Shown here: in pieces, positions 39,846-51,439 of the stretch
Layout of the letters: every line of letters begins with the position of its first letter
Numbering within the stretch: the first letter of the stretch is position 1
Origin: Guillardia theta CCMP2712
Lineage: Eukaryota > Protista > Cryptophyta
DNA length: 64,000 nt
Direction: 5' to 3'
Assembly: GCF_000315625.1 (NCBI RefSeq)
Contig: NW_005434660.1
Location: 825,784 to 889,783 of the forward strand
The notes under the pieces: model-generated
The model's input: the letters and a program-made list of their open reading frames with translations, nothing else
The model's database searches: none
What the model was told of the DNA's origin: nothing
Position numbers and translations under genes: made by a program

Positions 39846-41820
39846 ATGTCGGGGGAACGTTGGGTTAGGGCAACATGGCGGAAGGAAGAATGGCAGCTGG
39901 GGGAGGACGGGATCGTGACCCTGCCCGAAGGTCTTGATGAGGTGAGCAAACAGCTGCGAAGCTGATCTTCGTAGATTCGTGATGCACAATCGAAAGCTCC
40001 TCTGAATCCAGGAGGAAGAGAGGGAAAGGGCCTGAGAGTCCGTTTGTGCATGCGAGAGCAATGCCCGATGCCCCGATGTTGTTCCATAGCGAATCTGTGC
40101 AGTCTTGATGATGCCATGGGTGGATATGGTGTGAGAGTAACTCGATCATCTATGATCTGTCCTTCTAGATCTGGAGGCAGCGTTGTTGGGCTAGCTCAAT
40201 CCTCCCGACGTTTCTGCCATCAAAGATGTTGCACAAGGTTTGTGTCTGACTGCAGTCACGTGCTCATATCATCTGACTCTCCTCGGGTCTGCATCAGGAT
40301 GAGCGGACGAATGTCGAGATTTGGGGAGCGCTGGACACGTCGGGGAATGATTGCTCTTGCATTGTCCGGTATGAAAACAGGGACGCCATGTTCAGTCGCT
40401 TCGAGCAGCATGTCGACTTCCTTCTCAAGTTCGATTCTGTAAACCCCTCCCTCTATGTCTTGCCATCGCCCTGAAGCCTTGCTCCTCTTGCTAGGCCTTC
40501 GTTGTGAGGTTTGCGACTGCGTTTGCTACGGAGAGTGCAGTCTGCATGGTGCTGCAGCCGGTGGAGATTGTGAAGGATCAACGAGCCATGTCCTGATGTC
40601 CAGCTCAGGTGCCAGGAGGGAACTTCGAGAGCCTCGTGCAGATGAAGAACTGCGGTCCTCTTCCCGAAGCCTTTTTGTCGGTACGACCTCTTCTCCCAGC
40701 TCGGTCGTCGCCGGTGACGCAGGAGATGAAGATCATGATTCGGAACCTCCTCTTTGCGCTGCAGGATCTCAGCAGGAGGATGTCGCTACCTCAGGTCCCA
40801 ACACTTATGATCGCTGTCTCTTCTCACCTGCTCCTTCCATAGGAAATCTCTCCGCAGACCGTGTGGCTGGGGTCGGACTCGGTGACTGCTGGTCCTGAAA
40901 TGTTGCTGACTAGCTCACGTCCTGCTTCAGCTGAAGCTGGGAATATGCGACATCTTTGTGAAGCTCTCGAGTCCAGCTGAGCGTGACGAGTACCTGCAAG
41001 CTCTGCTGCTCTCCCTTCCCAGCCTGGTGACTGCCGGTGGCTGGAGGAATGGGCTGCAAGGCTGATGAGAGGCAGATGATTTCGCTGAGCGGGACCCCTC
41101 CTGAGAGGAGGAACGAGGACGGCAAGGAGGATGTCGGCGATGACGTCTGTCCTTGCTCCTTGCTGACTGCTTCATGTTAGCTATGGGCACCGGGTGGATT
41201 CGTTCCTGATAGGAAGTACGCGGATGTAGCAGCAGCTCTGTGGCCCTTACGGTTCGGGCAGGAGAAGGATAATTGGTATTCCTTTCTGACCCTTGCAAGC
41301 GCTCCTGGTTGAGATGAGGGCAGGAAAATGAATTACTTCATGAAAGCTTGTACGGACCCTTCGATCACCATGTCTGAGCTGCTGGAGCTGGAGTTCATAA
41401 CCTTCTATGAGAACCTGCCGTACGAGCTGCTCTACTCGTGGTACAAGATCCAAGGAGAGTACGAGAGATTCAAGTAGTGTTTGACATGCCCCGTCAGTTG
41501 AAGACCTGAAGTCGTGACGTGCAGGTTTGCTCGAAATTTCCATCAGTCGGAGGGAGGCAATAAGGCGGCAATATCCAACTGGAATCGCTCTCGGCGGAAG
41601 AGTCAAGTGCCCAGCTCTGCGGACGCTCCTCAAAGCCCAGAGGTCTGAACGATTCTGCATTCAATGACGACGATGAAGGAGATGATGATGATGGTGATAG
41701 TGATGGTGGTGGTGATGATGATGATGAGGTGGTGATGGTGGTGGTGATGATGATAATGGTGATGTTGATGGCGATGATGACGACGACAAGGACGATGGAG
41801 ATGGAGATGACGACGATGAC

Positions 41821-41851
<31 letters not shown>

Positions 41852-44800
41852 GAGATGGAGATGACGATGACGATGGAGATGATGACGACGATGGAGATGG
41901 AGATGGAGATGGATATAATGATGATGATGATGAAGAAGAAGAAGAAGAAGAAGAAGAAGGACGAGGATTGACAAGAGGTGCGTCGGCAGAGAATAGAAGA
42001 GAAGCGATATACCTTCCAGAACGCTCAGAGGTACAAGATGAACAGACAGTGGCTGGTGAGGGAGATGGAGCTGCTAAATCTCATCTCAACGCCCAACCCC
42101 GAGAAAGAGAGCGACCTGGTACGTTGCCATCATGTAGACATGCAGCTGGAGGCAGTGACCTTGTGCTCTAGATCAAGAGGATCTTCAGGTCGCATGAGAA
42201 CAGCAGCGGGATGCTGTCAGGAAGGGGTCTGCGGACAGTGTTCCTGGAGCTCAAACTCGACCACCTTGTGGATTCGATCTCATGGAGGGTCAGAGCGGCG
42301 GCATTCTTCTTCCCGTGACTTGTCGCAGGACGTTCGTTACATCAGCATGGACGACTTCCTCCAGCTGTGGGAGAATCTCAAGCTCATGGACATTATCCGT
42401 GACCTGCAGATGTACTCGTGTCCCCTTCCCGCCTGCCTCCCCCTCCTTGTCTGCCACTTCCTCCCTCCCTCCCTCCCTCCCTCCCCCTCCCTCCCTCCCT
42501 CCCTCCCTCCCCTCATCCTTCTGGTGATTTCCTGTGCAGTCAACGGCAGTCGTCACGAGGCCACGAGCACAGCCTACAGCCCTTCCTCTTCTCCTCCCCC
42601 AACGGCAGAGGAGACGCAGACGCCAAGACCTCAGGTGACCCTCCACCACGAGCCCAGCAGCAGCTGACGGGGAGGTGGTAGAGACGATCAAGAAGATCCT
42701 CAAGATCTGCATTGAGCACTGGAAGAAGACGCTGGCAGCGCTGAGAGCGCGGCAAACCCTGAGGGAATTCCTGAGGGTTTCCATATGGGGAAAAGTCGGC
42801 AAGGTGGGAGAAGAGCGATGTGCTGTTGGCTGACGGCTGGCAGGCCTTCATCGAGAGGAACTTCGAGGACTGGCACGTGCACGTCATGACGAGGAGGCTG
42901 GGGGAGAAGAGAGACGAGCTTCGAGCCATATTTGCTCGCAACCATGTCAAGCAAGTCTTCAGGGCATGGGTTGACTTCTGCTTCATCCAGCTCTCCCCCA
43001 CCTACGCAGCTGAGAACGGAGATCGTGAGAGGACGCCGCACCATCGCATCCGCCGTCATCCGACCCCTTCAACCGGCGAGCCGGCACTAGAGAAGTCCAG
43101 CTCAACAGCCTCCAAATCCCCCGAGAAGAGCAGCGTCCTTCCTAAGATCGCCTCCAAGACCTTTCCTGTGCCGTTTCTTCCTCCTGCCGCCCCTCCTGAC
43201 CTGCTGCCAGTTGTCAATTCCGGACCTGCTGGGCCAGGGAGATCGCCCGCACGACAAGCTGAGAATCGCCGTGGTGGAGAAGAGCAGCTCGAGCAGCCTG
43301 AAGGGCAAGACTGTCTCCCCCATCACGGTCCTTCCTCTCCCCGCCTGTTGCCCTCCTGACGCTGCCGTTGCATGACAGCGCAAGCACACGGCGCCGTGCT
43401 TGGCGAGGACGAGGCGATGGCTACCCTCCACCCCGAGAGTGAAGTTTGTGGACGAGGATCAGTCCTTCATTGAAGATCACAGCAACGAAGGTGGTGGTGG
43501 TGGTGGTGGTGGTGGTGGTGGAGGAGGAGGAGGAGGAGGAGGAGGAGGAGGGGGAGGGGGAGGGGGAGGGGGAGGAGGAGGAGGAGGAGGAGGAGGAGGA
43601 GGAGGAAGACGGGCTGACGAAGATGCTGGCCGTTAGGTTACCTCGTATCTGCGAGGGGCATTCAGAAGTTGCCATCAGAGCTGCGGAGCAATTGGATCGC
43701 TAGACCGGAGGCGTCAGTGAGGTCGTTCAAGGCCCTCAAGCAGATGTTGAAGCGAGAGAGTGTGGAGGTCTGGGAGGTGCAGGACAACAACAACTCGGAG
43801 CTCTACAACCTCGTCGCCTACCCGAGGAAGAAGGAGACGACCGACCTGTAAGTCTTGCCACGCTCCTGCGCCGTCCCTGACAGGCTCCCGCGCCCCTCAG
43901 CTACGAGCGACACCTCAGCTCTCTGCTGACCATGAGGCATGTCGAGTCGTCAGGCCTCGTCAAGCTGGTCGACTCGTTCGCCACGAGCTCGAGGATGTGT
44001 CTGGTGGTGGAGCATACCCCGTGAGGACTTGCTCTTCCCTTGTCCCCTCCTCACTTGCCCGCAGCCTCGGCCATCTCGGCTCGATCGTGTCGAGCGACGC
44101 GTGCGGTCCCCTCCCCGAGCCCATCCTCTCCCTCGTCGTCCGCCAGCTCCTTCGCCTCCTTCAGCGCCTGCACGCGGCCGACTTGACGCTCGGGGAGCAG
44201 CTGAGCCTTGAGAGCGTGTGGGTGTGCGGAGACGGGCGGCTAAAGCTGGGGGTCACGTCGCCCATGGTCAAGTTTAGCAGGGCGGATGCGGCGGCAGCGA
44301 GGAGGAAAGACCTGTCGCTATTGGCCGAGCTGTGCGGAGAGGCTTCAAGGTACGAGATCTCCTCCTCCTTCCAGGCGCGCGAGGAGCTGGAGGCAGAAAT
44401 CCGAGCAACCAAGAAGAAGCTCGGATCCCTCAAGTCCGATCGCGCCATGATCGACAGCCGCCGGCTCGCGCACTCGAACAACCAGCCGGACAGGAAGCAA
44501 GTGCTCAACGAGGAGTCGAGGAGAGCAGTGAGCCGATCTTGCCTTCCGCAGCCCTCCCGCTCCCCTCCCGCTCCACTCCCGCTCCCCCCTGCCCCTGCCG
44601 CTCTCGCTCCAGCACTCTCCCTACCCGCTTCTTCTTCCTCCCGCCTCGACGTTTTCGCTCCCGCTCTCCCCCAGCTCTCCTGCTGCTGTGACGCGACTTG
44701 TGGCAGGAGATCGTGGAGAGCATCGGCACGCAGCAGGCGAGGCTCGACGAGCTCAACGGGATGTTGCACAAGCTCGACGAGATAGTCCAGCTGTTCCCCA

Positions 44801-45770
44801 TCTCCTTCAGCTCCAAGGGACGTTGCAACGACTTCGTGTCGAGGAGCAGGTCAGACGTGTCGGTAACTTCTCAGCTCTCCCATCCCTTCATCAGCAACTA
44901 CATGGACCTTGGCTATAACGCGCTGCTCCGCTGGATGCAAGTTGGGGGGACGAAGGGAGAGGGGAACAAGCTCGCCAAGACGCTGTACGAGATGGACCCG
45001 GCGGTTGAGGAGGAGATGGAGGGAACGCAGAGGTCGGAGAACAGAGAGCAGGAGGCGGGGAAGCGCTTCTCACGGCATGGAAGCATGCGGTTCTATCACC
45101 CCGAGCTGAGGAGGATCTTCGACAAGTTCGCCAAGTTGGAGGGGAAGCAGAGCAAGAGGCCGTTCCTGGACCTGCAGGCGCTGACCTGCCTGATCCGCGA
45201 CATGTTCCCTGGGGAATTCACGCAGGAGGAGGTGGAGGAAGGCTTCAAGGAGATTGACAGGCAGCAGGAGGGGAGGATACACTTTGGGGAGTTTGCGGAG
45301 TGGTGGACGGAGATGAACGTGAGTGACAAGCTGGGGCTGGTGCAGGCGAGGAGGAGGGCGAAGCTCGACCTCGACCTGGAAGACGACCAGGAGAAGGTGG
45401 AGAGGGGATTGAGGATGCACCTCAACAGCTGCTTCAGGAGGTGTGTGCCTTCCTGACCTCTGCTCCTTCCTTCATCCTCCTCCTCCTCCTCCTCCTCCTC
45501 CTCCTCCTCCTCCTCCTCCCTGCTTCTGCTTCCTCCTCCTTCCTGCTTCTTCTGCTCCCTCCTCCTCCACCATCCACCACCTCCTCGCGTCTGCTGACGA
45601 GCTGCTACCCGAGCAGATACAAGCGCGTCTTACACGTCATGATCTACTTCAAGAAGCTCCAGCAGAATCTCAGCAGGAAGCATGTCCGGTTTGTGCTGAG
45701 GAAGAACTGGAAGACCTGGCGATCTCATTGTGTCAACATAGCGACCTCGCCAACAAGAAGCGGTAGATCC

Positions 45771-45829
<59 letters not shown>

Positions 45830-46051
45830 TCCTCCTGCATTTGTTGCCGCTCCTGCTCCCCCTCCTGCTCCTGCATTTTGTTGCCGCTCCTGCTCCTGCT
45901 CCTTTTCCTTCCACCTTCCTCCGTACTCTCTCTCTCTTTCCTGATCCGACCTGACCTCCCCTCCTCTCGTCCTTGTGACAACTCTGCAGTGTTCGGCAAG
46001 TGGGACATCTTTCGATTCGAGGCGGATGCAAGAAAGTCCAACCACAGCTGA
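39846..46051 (+). CDS. Large multi-exon protein with two degenerate kinase-fold domains, each followed by an EF-hand-like pair
   Basis: Module 1: FVVRFATAFATESAVCMVLQP|VPGGNFESLVQMKNCGPLPE...IRNLLFALQDL...EISPQTVWL..LKLG, then IKRIFRSHENSSGMLSGRGLRTVF...YISMDDFLQLW. Module 2: LVKLVDSFATSSRMCLVVEH..LGHLGSIVSSDACGPLPEPILSLVVRQLLRLLQRLH...LSLESVWVCGDGRLKLG, then ELRRIFDKF...FKEIDRQQEGRIHFGEFAEWW. Confidence 0.72.
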
Positions 46052-46309
46052 TTTCTCCTCCTCACCCCTCCTGCCATCCCCCGTTGATAGCTCCCCCTTC
46101 CGCCCTCCTACTTTCTCCCCTCCCTCTGTCCCTGTCCTCTTCCCTTCATTCCTCTCCCTCTCTCGTCTTCCTCCGTTTCCTCTCTCTTCCTCTTCCTTCC
46201 CCTCCTCCTCTCCTGCCTATTCCTTCTAAATCTTGCCCGCTCCCCCTCCCCCTCTTCTTCACCCTCATTTTGCTGTAGACAAGTATTCTTTTACACACCC
46301 GAGACGAAT

Positions 46310-47252
46310 TTACTGGCTCCTCCTCTTGGCCTTCATCCATACCGGCATGTACTTCTTGTCTCGCAGCTTCTGCATCGCTCCTGGCTGCCTCTCCCTCCTA
46401 CCCCTCTCTGTCCCATTGATCGCTCGCTTCAACTGGTTTCACGTCATTGGCGTCAGCAGGAGGAAACAGTTTCCTCCTCACACAACCTGCCATGCTGTGA
46501 CCTCGTCGTCAACTATCCCGTCCTCCGTCATCTCCCGGTGCAGGCGCTTCACCGTGCTCTGCTCGTGCGACAGCGCGCTCATGATGGCGCTGTGGGCAGG
46601 CAACGAGTCAGCAGCAGCAGCAGCAGCAGCAGCAGGAGCTGGGGAGGGGGAGGGGGGGGGGGGGGGGGGGGGTGGGAGAGTGGTAGGAGAGAGGANNNNN
46701 NNNNNNNNNNNNNNNNNNNNNNNNNNNNNNNNNNNNNNNNNNNNNNNNNNNNNNNNNNNNNNNNNNNNNNNNNNNNNNNNNNNNNNNNNNNNNNNNNNNN
46801 NNNNNNNNNNNNNNNNNNNNNNNNNNNNNNNNNNNNNNNNNNNNNNNNNNNNNNNNNNNNNNNNNNNNNNNNNNNNNNNNNNNNNNNNNNNNNNNNNNNN
46901 NNNNNNNNNNNNNNNNNNNNNNNNNNNNNNNNNNNNNNNNNNNNNNNNNNNNNNNNNNNNNNNNNNNNNNNNNNNNNNNNNNNNNNNNNNNNNNNNNNNN
47001 NNNNNNNNNNNNNNNNNNNNNNNNNNNNNNNNNNNNNNNNNNNNNNNNNNNNNNNNNNNNNNNNNNNNNGCCTGCAATGTTGGGGAGAGAAGGAGAAGGA
47101 GGAGGAGAAGGAGGAGCGTTCTCCTGTACCTGTACATGATCCGATCGGGCTGGAGGTACTTCTTGGACTCCTCGAAGACCTTGAGAGCATCCTGCAGAAG
47201 ACACGCTCAATGCTCTACCACTCTCTCTCTCCCTCCTCCCTGTGCTCTGTCA

Positions 47253-47283
<31 letters not shown>

Positions 47284-49379
47284 TCCTCCTCCTCCACTGC
47301 GTACCTCAAACCGACCAACCCGAGCAAACGCTCCTATCATCGCCGTGTACGTTCGCTCGTTCCGCTCCTTGGGGTCCTGCTCATTCGATACATCACGCGG
47401 GGCAGGAAGAGGGAGGAGGGGCACCATCTCGAGGAAGAGCTCGTGGGCCATCAGGACGGCCTTGGGACTTCCTTCAGCCTTGGCAGCGTTGATGAGAGCA
47501 GTGTAGGAGACGGTGTTGGGGGTGATGTTGGCGTCTTTCATCATCGAGAAGATCATCTTGCCGTGCCTGGTCGCGCATGAGGAGGAGGAAGACGGAGGAG
47601 GTGAAGCAGGAGCAGAAGGTGAAGCAGGAGGAGGAAGTGAAGCAGGAGGAGGAGGAGGAGGAGGAGGAGGAGGAGGAGGAGGAGGAGCTGAGCAGCAACG
47701 GATCCTCACTCGATCACTTGGCTGATGCCGCGGGTGCGGAGGGACGACATGCAGGTCTCAAGGAGGGCGGTGTAGGTGACGACGTCGCCCAACAGGTTGT
47801 CCTCCGCCATCATCTTCAGCACCTCCATCCCTTCGTCCAGACTCCAGGATGTGACCTTGAGGATGAAGATCAAGATGATGGGGGGAGGAGCAGGGAAGGA
47901 GCAGGAGCAGGAGCATTGGAGGGAGCCAGCAACGTCACAAGTTGGAGCAGGAGCACAGGAGCAGGAGTACAGGAGCAGAGGCAGGAGCAGGGGCAGGAGC
48001 AGTAGGAGGAGCATTTAGCAGGAGGCTGAGGTTTAGGTAGGGGTTGCGGAGATTGAGGAGGAGGAGGAGGAGGAGGTGGAGGAGAGGGGGCGGCGGGGGA
48101 GGGGGGGGGACGAGAAGGAGGCTGAGGAGGAGGCTGAGGAGGAAGAGGAAGAGGAGGAGGGAGAGTTACCCCCTTGACGTGAGGAGGGATCTTGGCAGAC
48201 TTGGCACAGAGGTTCATGATGGTGTTGTACGAGTACAAGTCTGGGTGAAGCCCCTCCTTTCTCATCATCGCCAAGATGCCTATCACCTCCCAGTACCCGT
48301 AGACCTGCCGTCCACGTCATCCGCACCGCAGCCATCCCAAGGGTAGCTCACATGCCCCGCAGAAGCAGCCTGCGCGTACGTGTTTAGGAGGGAGTTGTAA
48401 GTCTGGAGATCAGGCGCGACTTGTGTCTCTCCCATCATGTCGAGGATTCGAATCGCCTGCCAGCACCTTTCAGTCTTCTCCCTCCCCCCGTCGCTTGCCG
48501 GACATGCGAAACCCCAACTGATCCCCACACCCGCGCGGCCTTAGCGCAGAGGTTGATGAGGGTGTTGTAGGTTATGGTGTCTGGCTGTACTCCGGCCTCC
48601 TGCAAGGTGGGTGAGGAGGAGGAGGAGGAGGGAGGGAGCGGAGATGAAGCACGTGGGGCGGGGCAAGGGGGGGCGAGGAGGAAGACAGAAGGGTGATGGG
48701 AGTGTGGAGACGGAGAGGAGACGAGCAAAGGGAAATTCGTTGGCAGGGCAAACATTCACCTTCATCTGGTCGAGAACTTTCAGCCCTTCCTCGATCCTTC
48801 CTCTACTCCCCTTCACCCCACCAGCCCTTGCACAAGCGTCGATGAGGACGTTGTAGCTGATGACGTCCGGCTCAATCTCATTCTCCCTCATCATTGACAA
48901 CACCGTCAGCCCGTTGGTCACCCACTCGCTGTTGTCCGGCTGCCAGGTAGTCAGTACGACCTGCAGCAATAGATGGGGAGAAGGAGGACGAGAGGGAGGA
49001 GGAGGGAAGAGGGGGAGGAGAAGGAGGCAGAAGATCAGCAGAACAAGCACGGCTAGGAGCAGGAAGAAGGTGAGGAGGAGGAGGAGGAGCAAGGAGAAAA
49101 GGACTAACGATTGAAGCTCCTTTGGCTGCTATGTTCAGGAGGGAGTTGTACGTGTTGAGGTCGGGGTTGACACCGACCCCCCGCATGTCATTGAGAACTC
49201 TCAATCCCTGCTCATTGATCATCATCATCTCCTGTTTCACTATCCAACCCCCACCACCTCTCCTTCACCGCCACCACCTCCTCATCCCCCTCTTCCTTCA
49301 CCTCCTCCTCCACCTCCTCCTCATTCCCATCATCATCATCATCATCACCACCACCACCACCACCACCACCACCACCACC

Positions 49380-49428
<49 letters not shown>

Positions 49429-50201
49429 CAATCCCTCACCACACAACCGCCATACCCCATCTCCTTCCTTCAGCTCACCTGCTGGAAGGACTGGGTCTGT
49501 GCAGCACCTTTCGAGATGACATCAAGAAGCGTGTTGTACGTGACAATATCTCCCGTCATATGGGCCCTCCGCATCAGCGACATGACCTCTTCCGCCCCCT
49601 CCAAGTCTCCTGCTCCTCACGCACTGTCAGTCGTGACAGGTCTCAGCATGCAGCAGGGCCCCGACCTCCTCTCTTCCTCGCACAGAGTCTCAGCGCGAGG
49701 TTGTATGCGCTGATCTCAATCTTCGACCCGCTCCTTTCTCCTCTGGTGTGGTTGGCAATCAGCTCAATCGCCGTCGCTGCCGTCTTGCAACCCGCCAGCT
49801 CATTCAGCAGCGTCTTCCTCGCCCTGAAGTAGACAGGACATGTCAGAGAGCTGTCAAGGTCAGAAGTCTTCCCACGTCTTCCTGTCGGTGCTGCTTGCTC
49901 TCTTGGGCACAGCGAAACTTCCAGGGACGAACTTCTCCTTGGGATCACAGCATACGATCGGAATTAAGCCATGGCTTCGCCCGACTCGCAAGAGCTCCCC
50001 TCGGCAATGAGCAGGCTGACACACTTTCACGAAGCTGCTCAGGTAAAGATGAGGAGAGGAGGTGAAAGCGCAGCATCCCTGCTTCTTCCTGCTGTCAGGC
50101 GAATGAAATTCTTTGATCAACGACTGTTGTGCCGATGTCTCGATCAGGGTGTGAAGGATAGTCACTGCTAGAAGCTTCGAGAAGCCGCTGTCCCGGACCA
50201 T
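46310..50201 (-). CDS. Pentatricopeptide-repeat (PPR) protein (multi-exon)
   Basis: Repeated 35-aa motifs: MMRENEIEPDVISYNVLIDACARAG, MRGVGVNPDLNTYNSLLNIAAK, AGVQPDTITYNTLINLCAKA, MMRKEGLHPDLYSYNTIMNLCAK, MMKDANITPNTVSYTALINA, NERTYTAMIGAFARVG. Confidence 0.93.
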
Positions 50202-51439
50202 GGTGCGCGTTCCTATCGCAAGCGCAAGCTTACAGGCATTCACTGAACAATCTGCAACCACCAACGAGTCATTGCAAGGGGTTGTAAGTACCCTTTGTCC
50301 TGACTTGCGGAAACATGGCAAGTCAAGCTACTCAACGCCTGCCCATTGCTAGCGATTATCTGGATCCACCTAACCAGTGTACATACCAAGAAACCTCTTC
50401 TCCTCCGCCTCCTCCTCCGCCTCCTCCTCCTCCTCCTCCTTGTTCTTCCAGCCACCGGGGGCCGGCCCGGGCCTGGGCCCGGGAGGCTCAGGGCTTCGGT
50501 GAAGGCTCCGGCGGACTCTAGCCGAATGATATAGTGACTGAGCCGCGGGCCCGGGGCCCGGCCCGGACCGGACGGTCACACTGAGGCTGAGCCGGCTGCC
50601 AGTGAGTCACAGTCAGTGCGGCACCGGGCCGCGGCCCTATGTATGCCGCGGCCGCGCCGCTGAGCCGCTCCCCCCGCGGCGCCGGGCGGCCAGCCCCCGC
50701 TGGCCGCCCCCCGGCCCGGCCAGGGATCCGCGCGGGGCCCCCGCCGGGGCGGCCGGGGGCGGGCCCCGGCGGCAGTGAGTCAGGCGTGCCCGGGCCCGGG
50801 GGGCCCCGGGCGCCGTCGGAGTCCCGGACTCGTCACGGTACGGTAGTGATCATGATGATTGATTGAAACTTACTCCGGCGAATGGCGGTTGAAAGTCACT
50901 GAGTACCGTACGGTAGTACTCGGAACCCGGCGGCGGGCCCGCGACGGAGTACTACAGTACTGGTACGGTCCCACTGGCCTGCGGCCCCCCGACGGCATTC
51001 GCGGCACCGGCGGCGGCGCCCACCATCATTCCGATGACCACCCCCCGGTATTAGAATGATTTAGACTTGAAAGGACCCCTCCTGGAGTGACTCTCGTTGA
51101 CTTTCCTTCAATAAAAAGACTAATAAAAAGAGTACTGGAAGGAACGGCGGTACATTTTGATCCACAGGTTCTACATTGCCGGTGAACATTTGAATTTTGA
51201 ACTGCAATTTTCAAAATTGCACCAATGATACTTTCCAAGTTATCTCTCTGACCTTGGGAATTTCACTCATCGTCACTTTACAATTAGCCACCCCTACCCC
51301 CTAAGATGATATTGAATAGTACCCCACCCTACTTCTTTCCGGTATGTCACCGTACAGGTACCCCTCTTGACTACCTCAAACCACCCCCACCCCCTTCATG
51401 GTCTTGTTTTTTTCATAAACAGCGAGTCGCCTTTCAGAA

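Noticed and set aside
39723-41660. Minus-strand ORFs as a separate gene
   Set aside because: The + strand has consistent GT-AG exons encoding a kinase-like module, so the minus ORFs are best explained as antisense shadows.
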